A stretch of 64,000 nucleotides of DNA from Chthoniobacter flavus (GCA_945878135.1 CAMDUL010000004.1:48044-112043); one strand, 5' to 3'. Positions 1 through 6,529 are shown, numbered from the stretch's first letter. The notes: generated by a model from the letters alone, not told the origin. Translations and numbers: made by a program.

Positions 1-1
1 T

Positions 2-655
2 TGGAAAAAAGACCAGCCGTTCCGCTACAAGGACACCCCGGACGTCATCCAGCCGCAATACGTCATCGAGCAGCTCTACAAACTGACCAAAGGCAAGGCC
101 ATCCTCACCACCGGGGTCGGGCAGCACCAGATGTGGGCCGCCCAGTATTACGACTTCGACAAGCCGCGCAACTTCATCACTTCCGCCGGCCTCGGCGCCA
201 TGGGCTTCGGTTACCCCGCGGCCATGGGTGCCAAAGTCGCTTGCCCCGACACCGAAGTGATCGACATTGACGGCGACGGATCGTTCCTCATGAACGTGCA
301 GGAATTGGCCTGCGCCCACGTCGAGAAAATCGCGGCCAAGGCCATCATCCTCAACAACCAGCACCTCGGCATGGTGGTGCAATGGGAAGACCGTTTTTAC
401 GAGAGCAACCGCGGACACACCTTCCTCGGCGACCCCGATGACACCTCGCGCATCTATCCCGATTACGTGGAAATTTGCAAAGGCTTCGGCGTGCCCTGCG
501 AGCGCGTCATCCACAAGAAAGACCTCGAACCCGCGCTCAAACGCCTCATCGCGGCCAAAGGTGTCTACGTCCTCGACGTCATGGTTCCCTACACGGAACA
601 CGTGCTGCCCATGATCCCGTCGGGCATGACGTATAAAGACATCATCACCGAGTAA
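2..655 (+). CDS. ilvB: acetolactate synthase (AHAS) large catalytic subunit, C-terminal part; 5' end outside window
   Basis: Frame open from nt 2 ([50 protein letters not shown]). ThDP-binding C-terminal signature [18 protein letters not shown]...[14 protein letters not shown]...[17 protein letters not shown]. Stop at 653-655. Confidence 0.9.
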   Translation, partial: WKKDQPFRYKDTPDVIQPQYVIEQLYKLTKGKAILTTGVGQHQMWAAQYYDFDKPRNFITSAGLGAMGFGYPAAMGAKVACPDTEVIDIDGDGSFLMNVQELACAHVEKIAAKAIILNNQHLGMVVQWEDRFYESNRGHTFLGDPDDTSRIYPDYVEICKGFGVPCERVIHKKDLEPALKRLIAAKGVYVLDVMVPYTEHVLPMIPSGMTYKDIITE

Positions 656-687
656 TTCCTCTCCGCCCCCGCGCGGCGCCGTTTCCC

Positions 688-2229
688 ATGTCCGAAGAAG
701 CCCCGACGCTGGATCTCAGCGCCCTCGACTTCCGCCCGGCGTGGGCCAAGGACCCGTCGTCTGCCCCGTCCGCCCCGCGCGAATTCCGCGAGCCGCGCCC
801 GGAAAAACGCGACGGCTTCCCGCGCGGCAACAAATTCGAGGGCAAGCCCGGCGGCCCGCGCCGCGGCGGACCCAAACCGCACGGCAAGAAGTTCGACGGA
901 CCGCGCCGCGAGGACAACCGCCCGCCGCCCCCCCCGCCCAATCCCTTCCCGTGGCTGCGCATCGCCTTCACCGCCACCGCGCCCGCCGTGGAGACCGTTG
1001 TCGCGCAAGTGCGTCATACCGGAAAGACCTTCAGCCTCTTCGACATCGCCCGCATCCTCCTGCGCAATCCCGCGTCCTACACCATCGACCTCACCTCGGC
1101 ACCCAAGCAACCGGAAGGTCCGTTCTGGGTGGTCGACGCCGACCGCAGCGTGTGGTTGCAGCGCGAAGCCGCGGTGCGCCATCTCCTGCGCAAGAAGCGC
1201 GACGAATTCTACCGGGCCGAAACTGTCGAAACCGAACCGCCCAAAGGCAACTTCCCCGTCGTCGCGGTCTGCGGCATGTCTGGCGTCCTGCTCGGACCGC
1301 CCAATCACCATGACTTCGAACGCAAACTCCGCGATCTCCACCGCGAACGCTTCGCCCGCCTCGACTTCGAAACCTTCCGCAGCCGCCTCAAAATGGAACG
1401 CGATCCGGAAGTCATCGAAAAATGGCGCGCCGAAGCTTCCAAGACGATCGAGTATTTCCCGCTCGCCGGCGAGAATCCCGAAAAGCTGTCCGACCTGGCT
1501 GCGGTCGAACGCCATTTTGCCGAGAACCACGCGCCCGCGCATCTCAAGTTCGCCGATCTGGCCGCCGTTCCCGGCGACCCGAAGACAACCGCCGTCGACC
1601 CCGCCCTGGCGCCCCTGCTCAACCACGCCCGTGATGAAGAGGAACGTTTCCCGTTGCGCCTCGCCCAAAGCCTGAGCCGCGCTCTCAGCGCCGCCGGCCT
1701 GCGTTTCTACAAGAGCCCGAACCGCACCACCTTCGTCTCCGCCGCGCGACCCCGTCACCTCAACCTCGACGAGATCCCGGTAAGCGAAAGCATCAAAAAA
1801 ATCCTCGAACTCATCCGCGCCAGGAAATCCATCCGCCGGCCGCAACTGCTCGATCTCCTCGCGCCGGCCGCTGCCGAGGCGCCCCCTGTAGCGGCGCCGT
1901 CCCCGGCGCCGATTGTTGCCCCCGATCCCATCCCGTCCGCTGAGCCGGCAACGGCGCCAACGAATCCCGAGGTTTCCAACTCGGTGCCGGCTGTTCCCGT
2001 CAATCCCGCCCGCGAAGCCGTGGTCAACGACCTCCTCTGGCTGACCCATGAGGGCTATGTCATAGAATTCGCCGACGGTCGCCTGGAGTCCGTCCCGCCC
2101 CCGAAAAATCCCCCCAAGCCGGAGACTGCCGCCGCCCCGATTTCAACAGAAGGCAACGAAGGCCACGAAGGGAAAGAGCAGGCCGGGCCGGACGCCGAGG
2201 CTCCAACGGACGCTGCACCGGAAGGATAA
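688..2229 (+). CDS. hypothetical protein with Arg/Gly/Pro/Lys-rich low-complexity N-terminus
   Basis: 513-aa ORF starting 33 nt after ilvB. N-terminal ~95 aa read GKPGGPRRGGPKPHGKKFDGPRREDNRPPPPPP, followed by a globular-looking region and a Pro/Ala-rich tail. No family recognised by eye. The antisense 486-aa ORF is judged a GC artefact. Confidence 0.6.
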   Translation: MSEEAPTLDLSALDFRPAWAKDPSSAPSAPREFREPRPEKRDGFPRGNKFEGKPGGPRRGGPKPHGKKFDGPRREDNRPPPPPPNPFPWLRIAFTATAPAVETVVAQVRHTGKTFSLFDIARILLRNPASYTIDLTSAPKQPEGPFWVVDADRSVWLQREAAVRHLLRKKRDEFYRAETVETEPPKGNFPVVAVCGMSGVLLGPPNHHDFERKLRDLHRERFARLDFETFRSRLKMERDPEVIEKWRAEASKTIEYFPLAGENPEKLSDLAAVERHFAENHAPAHLKFADLAAVPGDPKTTAVDPALAPLLNHARDEEERFPLRLAQSLSRALSAAGLRFYKSPNRTTFVSAARPRHLNLDEIPVSESIKKILELIRARKSIRRPQLLDLLAPAAAEAPPVAAPSPAPIVAPDPIPSAEPATAPTNPEVSNSVPAVPVNPAREAVVNDLLWLTHEGYVIEFADGRLESVPPPKNPPKPETAAAPISTEGNEGHEGKEQAGPDAEAPTDAAPEG

Positions 2230-2230
2230 G

Positions 2231-2332
2231 CGCACGCAAAGTCCGCCAAGGGCGCGGAGGGGGAACCGGTCGAGCGGCGAAGGTCGAAGGTCGAGGTTTC
2301 CGCACGTGGCGGCCTTGGCGGACGTGGCGTGA
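2231..2332. repeat. composite GC-rich repeat (words W2-W3-W1), copy 1
   Basis: GCAAAGTCCGCCAAGGGCGCGGAGGGG, then GGTCGAGCGGCGAAGGTCGAAGGTCGAGG, then CCGCACGTGGCGGCCTTGGCGGACGTGGCGTG. The same three words recur at 5335-5478. Confidence 0.8.
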
Positions 2333-2388
2333 CCGGGAAGAGGGTCGCGGCTTGGCTTTGATCCGCGGGAACGGCACTCTCTGGTTTG

Positions 2389-3141
2389 ATGGAATGGTGG
2401 CTCAAGTCGCTCCTGATGCGCTGGGGATTCGTCCTCAAGCGGCGGCGTCAGGTCATGATGCGGAAACCGGCCGGTGACCGGAGCCTTGACCCGGGGGACC
2501 TCATGGAAGCCATCCACGGGACCGATGTTTACCAGGGCTTTGATTTCGCCGCGCTTCCGTGCGACCTGCAGGGCTGGGGCGGTGATTCACCGGCCTTCGG
2601 CGAGTTGATCACAGCGGTGCGGCCGGCGCTGGTCATCGAGGTCGGAACTTGGAAAGGGGCCTCCGCCGTGTCCATGGCGGACGCGGCGGCGCGCGAGGGA
2701 TTATCCACGACGATTGTTTGTGTCGACACCTGGCTCGGCGCCTTGGAGTTCCGCACGGACCAGGCGGACGCCGAGCGTTTCCGCGCGTTGGAGTGCCGCC
2801 ATGGTTACCCGCAAGTCTACTACCGTTTTCTCGCCAACGTTTGTCATCGCGGCCACCAGCAACGCATCGTGCCCTTCCCGATGGACTCCGCTTCCGCCGC
2901 CCTCTGGTTCATGTCGCACGGGGTCAAGGCCGGGCTGATCTACATCGACGCCAGCCATGAGGAAGAGGCCGTCTACCAGGATCTGGTCGATTACCGTCAA
3001 TTGCTGGCGCCCGGCGGCCGGATCTTCGGCGACGACTGGGACTGGGCCGGCGTGCGCGCCGCAGTCACCACCTTCGCCAAGGCTTACGGACTGACCATCA
3101 CCCATTGCCACGACAAGTGGGTGCTAGCCGCTGCGGCATAA
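2389..3141 (+). CDS. class I SAM-dependent methyltransferase (Methyltransf_24 / CmcI-TylF-like)
   Basis: VIEVGTWKGASAVSMADAA...IVCVDTWLG...LIYIDASHEEEAVYQDLVDYRQLLAPGGRIFGDDWDW. ATG at 2389 chosen over the TTG at 2386; exact start uncertain. Confidence 0.75.
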   Translation: MEWWLKSLLMRWGFVLKRRRQVMMRKPAGDRSLDPGDLMEAIHGTDVYQGFDFAALPCDLQGWGGDSPAFGELITAVRPALVIEVGTWKGASAVSMADAAAREGLSTTIVCVDTWLGALEFRTDQADAERFRALECRHGYPQVYYRFLANVCHRGHQQRIVPFPMDSASAALWFMSHGVKAGLIYIDASHEEEAVYQDLVDYRQLLAPGGRIFGDDWDWAGVRAAVTTFAKAYGLTITHCHDKWVLAAAA

Positions 3142-3220
3142 TCCTCAGGGTTCCCCCCCGCCTACCTTGCTCCCTGCGGCCCCAGCCACGGCCCGCCCGT
3201 GGTTTCCTGCCCTGGGGCGC

Positions 3221-3252
3221 ACTGTTGGACAATTGGCAAATTGTCCAACAGT
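3221..3252. repeat. P element copy P1: perfect 32-bp palindrome (14-4-14), centre GGCA
   Basis: ACTGTTGGACAATT-GGCA-AATTGTCCAACAGT. Ends 15 nt upstream of the ArsR-family ATG. Exact reverse complement of P2 and P3. Confidence 0.95.
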
Positions 3253-3267
3253 GGCTATCGTCCCGTC

Positions 3268-3555
3268 ATGAGTGCATATGACCGCGGACGGGCGCGGATG
3301 ACCGCGTCTTTGGGCAATCATCGTCGGATCGAAATCATCCGTCTGTTGCGCAAACAGCCCCTGCAATGCGTCGATGAAATCGCCGCGGCTTGCAAGATCG
3401 ACAAATCCACCGCGAGCGAGCATCTGCGCCGCCTGCATGAGGGCGGCATGATCGGGAAGAAATACCGTGGACGTCGCGTTCTGCTCAGCGTGACCAAACG
3501 CGCCACCACCATGCTGCGCACGATCGACCTTTTGTGGGATGCTGCGGAAAGCTGA
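3268..3555 (+). CDS. ArsR/SmtB-family winged-helix transcriptional regulator
   Basis: LGNHRRIEIIRLLRKQPLQCVDEIAAACKIDKSTASEHLRRLHEGGMIGKKYRGRRVLLSV is the HTH_20 pattern. ATG at 3268 chosen because the upstream GTG (3199) extension is encoded by the palindrome. Confidence 0.85.
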   Translation: MSAYDRGRARMTASLGNHRRIEIIRLLRKQPLQCVDEIAAACKIDKSTASEHLRRLHEGGMIGKKYRGRRVLLSVTKRATTMLRTIDLLWDAAES

Positions 3556-3586
3556 CTGTTGGACAATTTGCCAATTGTCCAACAGT
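3555..3586. repeat. P element copy P2: perfect 32-bp palindrome, centre TGCC
   Basis: ACTGTTGGACAATT-TGCC-AATTGTCCAACAGT. Its first base is the last base of the ArsR stop codon. Confidence 0.95.
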
Positions 3587-3668
3587 GAGAGGGAAAGGGT
3601 GGGACCTCGCGTTTGCGGTATTGCCTATGGCGGTCACATGACACGAGGTCGTGCGCGCCGCGGTCATC
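3587..3668 (+). repeat. conserved right flank of the P element (copy at P2)
   Basis: Hand alignment with 5145-5227 gives about 67/83 identical positions without gaps. It ends in GTCGTGCGCGCCGCGGTCATC, which resembles the methyltransferase codons VRAAV. Confidence 0.8.
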
Positions 3669-3680
3669 AAAGGCCTGAAT

Positions 3681-3998
3681 TCAGGCGGCGGTGAGGACTT
3701 CGGGGTGGTGTTTGGCGATCTCGAGCAGCCGCAAGGCGGCACCCGAAGGTTGGCGTCGCCCTTTTTCCCAGCTGATAGCCGTGACGACAGGAACGTTGAG
3801 CACGGCTGCAAAAACCGGCTGGCTCATCTTCAACCGCGAACGCAAACGTTTGACTTCGCGGGGTCCGAAGGTCGGAGCGGGCTTCGGAAGCGTCGTCGTG
3901 CGCAGGGTGATTTTGCGCCGGCCGGTCACCGCATCGCGGACTTCCTCGACACTGCGGACCAGTTCGTCGGCATTGAAGGCGTGGGTTTTCTTTTTCAT
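3681..3998 (-). CDS. HTH (XRE-type) antitoxin, HigA-2/NadS-like
   Basis: LRSRLKMSQPVFAAVLNVPVVTAISWEKGRRQPSGAALRLLEIAKHHPEVL. Overlaps the upstream toxin gene by 4 nt. Confidence 0.8.
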   Translation of the reverse strand: MKKKTHAFNADELVRSVEEVRDAVTGRRKITLRTTTLPKPAPTFGPREVKRLRSRLKMSQPVFAAVLNVPVVTAISWEKGRRQPSGAALRLLEIAKHHPEVLTAA

Positions 3999-4327
3999 TT
4001 GTTGTGGTGTTTTTTGATTTCATCAACGGCCGCACGCAGTCGCTTTTTCTGGTCCGGCGCGAGGTCGGCAATGTCGCCTTTGGTGTAAGCTTGGAAGAGG
4101 TAGATGAGACCCGGCTGCAACAGCAGCAGGTAGATCACCCGCGCCCCTCCGCGCTTGCCCCGGCCTTTGGCCGACCAGCGCACTTTGCGCAGGCCACCGA
4201 GACCGGGAATGACGTCACCAGCTTCGGGCCGTGCGACGAGGAAATGCTGGAAGGCCGCATACTCGGCGTCCGTCCACAAGTCCGTGCATTGATCGGTGAA
4301 GGCTGGAGACTCAATGAAGGTCAACAT
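3995..4327 (-). CDS. RelE/HigB-2-like toxin
   Basis: FTDQCTDLWTDAEYAAFQHFLVARPEAGDVIPGLGGLRKVRWSAKGRGKRGGARVIYLL...QAYTKGDIADL is the typical HigB-2 pattern. Toxin-first operon with a 4-nt overlap. Confidence 0.8.
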   Translation of the reverse strand: MLTFIESPAFTDQCTDLWTDAEYAAFQHFLVARPEAGDVIPGLGGLRKVRWSAKGRGKRGGARVIYLLLLQPGLIYLFQAYTKGDIADLAPDQKKRLRAAVDEIKKHHNK

Positions 4328-4470
4328 GCACTATTACCATGTAATACCTTACTCGTGTGGCGCAAGGGGAAAAGTAATCCGGGCAGGGGCTGTTAGTGAG
4401 CGGGACGACCTCCCCGGCGTGCCGCGGCCGCCGGAGTGCCGGGTGGCTGGTAAAAAGTAACGGGTCGGCC

Positions 4471-4494
4471 GAAGAAGTATGCTGCGCACTTCGC
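4471..4494 (+). repeat. H-box hairpin repeat, degenerate copy
   Basis: GAAGAAGTATGCTGCGCACTTCGC followed by GGGCTGAAGAGG. Lies between the HigB-like start and the DUF2442 stop. Confidence 0.7.
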
Positions 4495-4513
4495 GGGCTG
4501 AAGAGGTCAAAAC

Positions 4514-4768
4514 TCAGGCGGCGGCGCAGGAGGCGGGATAGAGCCCGAACACGGCGTCGGCAATCCAAATGTCCTCGTCCAGTTCTTCCCAACGCAAGGC
4601 CCGGCCGCCGACGCGCAAGCTGACAGACGCCAACTGGTCGGGAGTGGCTTGGGCTAAGCGCGGGTAGAAGGCGACAGGAAAAGAATGAGTCGAGCCGTCC
4701 CGCAGTTTGAGAAAGATCTGCCTATCGTGGGCAGATGCCTCCAGTGCGATCATTTCGTGTTTAACCAT
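4514..4768 (-). CDS. DUF2442 domain protein
   Basis: MVKHEMIALEASAHDRQIFLKLRDGSTHSFPVAFYPRLAQATPDQLASVSLRVGGRALRWEELDEDIW. The ATG overlaps the TAA of the upstream DUF4160 reading frame (ATGGTTAA). Confidence 0.8.
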   Translation of the reverse strand: MVKHEMIALEASAHDRQIFLKLRDGSTHSFPVAFYPRLAQATPDQLASVSLRVGGRALRWEELDEDIWIADAVFGLYPASCAAA

Positions 4769-4993
4769 GGAACTTGCTCCAAGCGCTGAGAAAATCTTGC
4801 TTATTTTCTTCCACCAAGCCAGCGATTTTCGACAGTTCATGGTTGGCGAAGCCAAAGTTTTCGGCCAGCAGGACCGGGTCGAGCCGGAACTTCGCTTCGA
4901 GGTCATCGCAGGCGAGTGGATGTGCGGCGGTTCCCCGGGTTCACGCGAATAAAAATGGAACCGGTAGGGCCCCTTCCGAAAAAGGGTCGGCAT
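4761..4993 (-). pseudogene. DUF4160 gene with a frameshift
   Basis: MPTLFRKGPYRFHFYSREPGEPPHIH is in one frame. The expected continuation DLEAKFRLDPVLLAENFGFANHELSKIAGLVEENKQDFLSAWSKFHG-stop is in another frame. The span is 233 nt, not a multiple of 3. Confidence 0.75.
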
Positions 4994-5112
4994 TGCTGCA
5001 CGGTGGTGATCTGCTCCTGACGGGAGCAAGCAGGAAGGTATTAGGAGCTGGGGGTCACCTGGGCTGGCGGGTAGCCGCGGGCTGTGCGACGTGGCGCAGG
5101 TTCGGTGCTCTC

Positions 5113-5144
5113 ACTGTTGGACAATTTGCCAATTGTCCAACAGT
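5113..5144. repeat. P element copy P3: perfect 32-bp palindrome, centre TGCC
   Basis: Identical to P2 over all 32 nt. Lies between the divergent DUF4160 pseudogene and the GT2 gene. Confidence 0.95.
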
Positions 5145-5227
5145 CAGCGGGAGTGGGTGAGACCTCCCATTTTCGGTGTTGTCTATGGCCGTCCCATGAC
5201 GCGAGGTCGTGCGCGCCGTGGTTTTCA
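5145..5227 (+). repeat. conserved right flank of the P element (copy at P3)
   Basis: About 80 % identical to 3587-3668 by hand alignment. Runs directly into the methyltransferase-tail remnant. Confidence 0.8.
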
Positions 5228-5298
5228 TCTTCGCCAAGGCTTACGGACTGAGCATCACGCATTGCCACGACAAGTGGGTGCTCTCCCCCGCAATCTGA
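5168..5298 (+). pseudogene. remnant of the 3' end of a methyltransferase gene (paralogue or older allele of 2389-3141)
   Basis: 5230-5298 reads FAKAYGLSITHCHDKWVLSPAI-stop against native FAKAYGLTITHCHDKWVLAAAA-stop (3073-3141). 52 of the first 54 nt are identical. Upstream, IFG (native RIFGDDW) is recognisable in a shifted frame, and an in-frame TGA lies at 5197. Confidence 0.8.
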
Positions 5299-5334
5299 CC
5301 GGCTGACCGCAGCCATTCTACGCCCGAGAGGGTT

Positions 5335-5478
5335 CCGCACGTGGCGGGCTTGGCGGACGTTGCGTGGCACGCGGAGTTCGCCAAGGGCGCGGAGGGGAGG
5401 AAGGGACGGAGTCGAGTGGCGAAGGTCGAGAGTCGAGGGCTGCGCACGTTGCGGCCTTTGCGGACGTTGCGTGCGCGG
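5335..5478. repeat. composite GC-rich repeat (W1-W2-W3-W1), copy 2
   Basis: CCGCACGTGGCGGGCTTGGCGGACGTTGCGTG, then GCGGAGTTCGCCAAGGGCGCGGAGGGG, then GAGTCGAGTGGCGAAGGTCGAGAGTCGAGGG, then GCGCACGTTGCGGCCTTTGCGGACGTTGCGTGCGC. Confidence 0.8.
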
Positions 5479-5530
5479 AAGCCGCAAGTTGCGGGGTGCG
5501 TTTGCTGCCTCGGCGTGTTAGGAACCTCTT

Positions 5531-6529
5531 GTGAAATTCACGGTAGTCACGCCCAGTTTCGGTCAACTCGACTGGCTGGAGCTTTGTCTCGCCAGTGTTC
5601 GGGATCAGGTCGCGCACGCGGCGACGCAGGGAGCAGGCAGCATGGAGCAGGGAGCAGAGATTCCAGAGAGGCAGAAGGAGGAGCGGACCGGTGAAGTATG
5701 CTCCGCACTTCACGGGCTGAAGGTGTCGGGTGAAAGGGGGGCGGCTAGGTTGCTAACGGTCGAGCACATTGTTTGCGATGGCGGCTCCCCGGGGATCGAG
5801 GACTTCAAGCAGCGCATGCTTGAGCGGTTTCCGGAAAGCCCGACCTACCGTCTTGAGTTTGTCATCGGTCCGGATGCAGGCATGTATGACGCAATCAACA
5901 AAGGTCTGCGCCGGGCCGACGGGGAAGTTTGCTCCTACCTCAATTGCGATGAACAACTGCTGCCGGGGTCGCTGGCGGCGGTCAGGGATTATTTTGCCAA
6001 ACATGCGGACACTGATGTGATCTTCGGCGACACGATCGTGGTTGGGCGGGAAGGTGAGCCGCTTTGCTATTGGCGTCCGTATGTGCCCTCGCTCGCCCAT
6101 CTGGCCGGTGCGACTTTGAACACCCTCTCCTGCAGCACCTTTTTCCGCCGCAGAGTGGTCGAGGCCGGCCACCTCTTCGAGCCGCAATGGAAAGCGGTGG
6201 GGGACTTGCGCTGGATCCGCGGGCTCTTGGAAAAGCGCCGTCCCATGGCATGCCTGCCGCGGCCGCTGGGGGCTTTCACCTTTCTCGGCGACAATCTCGG
6301 GGCGGGGGCAAAGGCGCGCGAGGAATTCGAGGCGTCACGCGAGTCCTCCTCCGGTCCCGGGCGCTGGTTCCGCCGCGGTTGGCATGGGGTCCGCAAGCTC
6401 TTCTCCGGGGCCTATGTCCGCCGCAAAGTGACCTACGACCTTTTTGCCTTGTCTGATCCGTCGAGGCGGCGACGCTTCACTTGCGACAGCCTCGGCTGGA
6501 CCTGGCCCGGCCTGACGAAATCCCCATGA
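5531..6529 (+). CDS. glycosyltransferase family 2 (carries an in-frame repeat insertion)
   Basis: GTG start. MKFTVVTPSFGQLDWLELCLASVRDQ ... EHIVCDGGSPG ... DAINKGLRRADGEVCSYLNCDEQL is the GT2 pattern. The stop overlaps the next ATG (ATGA). Confidence 0.8.
   Translation: MKFTVVTPSFGQLDWLELCLASVRDQVAHAATQGAGSMEQGAEIPERQKEERTGEVCSALHGLKVSGERGAARLLTVEHIVCDGGSPGIEDFKQRMLERFPESPTYRLEFVIGPDAGMYDAINKGLRRADGEVCSYLNCDEQLLPGSLAAVRDYFAKHADTDVIFGDTIVVGREGEPLCYWRPYVPSLAHLAGATLNTLSCSTFFRRRVVEAGHLFEPQWKAVGDLRWIRGLLEKRRPMACLPRPLGAFTFLGDNLGAGAKAREEFEASRESSSGPGRWFRRGWHGVRKLFSGAYVRRKVTYDLFALSDPSRRRRFTCDSLGWTWPGLTKSP
5615..5750 (+). repeat. H-box mosaic segment inside the GT2 coding sequence (approximate limits)
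   Basis: H-box core at 5691-5713 (GTGAAGTATGCTCCGCACTTCAC, 22/23 to consensus) followed by GGGCTGAAGG. Translated in frame as TGEVCSALHGLKV, between the conserved VRDQ and EHIVCDGGS motifs. Confidence 0.75.

Noticed and set aside
589-2049. Very long ORFs antisense to or overlapping the called genes. Examples: 589-2049(-), 29943-31517(+), 37024-39720(-) opposite gyrB, 40741-41841(-), 44766-46430(-), 48081-49889(+), 58337-59614(-), 61295-63271(+).
   Set aside because: Their translations are Arg/Gly/Ala/Pro-rich low-complexity with no family motifs. The opposite strand or another frame carries unmistakable conserved proteins. This is typical of stop-codon-poor high-GC DNA.
3221-3252. P palindrome as an integron attC site. 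It contains GTTGGAC (fits GTTRRRY) and GTCCAAC (fits RYYYAAC).
   Set aside because: The order is GTTRRRY...RYYYAAC on both strands, the reverse of attC (RYYYAAC...GTTRRRY). The site is only 32 bp and perfectly paired, with no extrahelical bases. No intI gene is visible.
3555-3586. P palindromes as Rho-independent terminators. P2 and P5 lie between convergent genes.
   Set aside because: No U/T tract follows on either strand. The stem is comparatively AT-rich for this genome. P1, P3 and P4 sit upstream of genes or between divergent genes. Perfect 32-nt conservation exceeds what a terminator requires.
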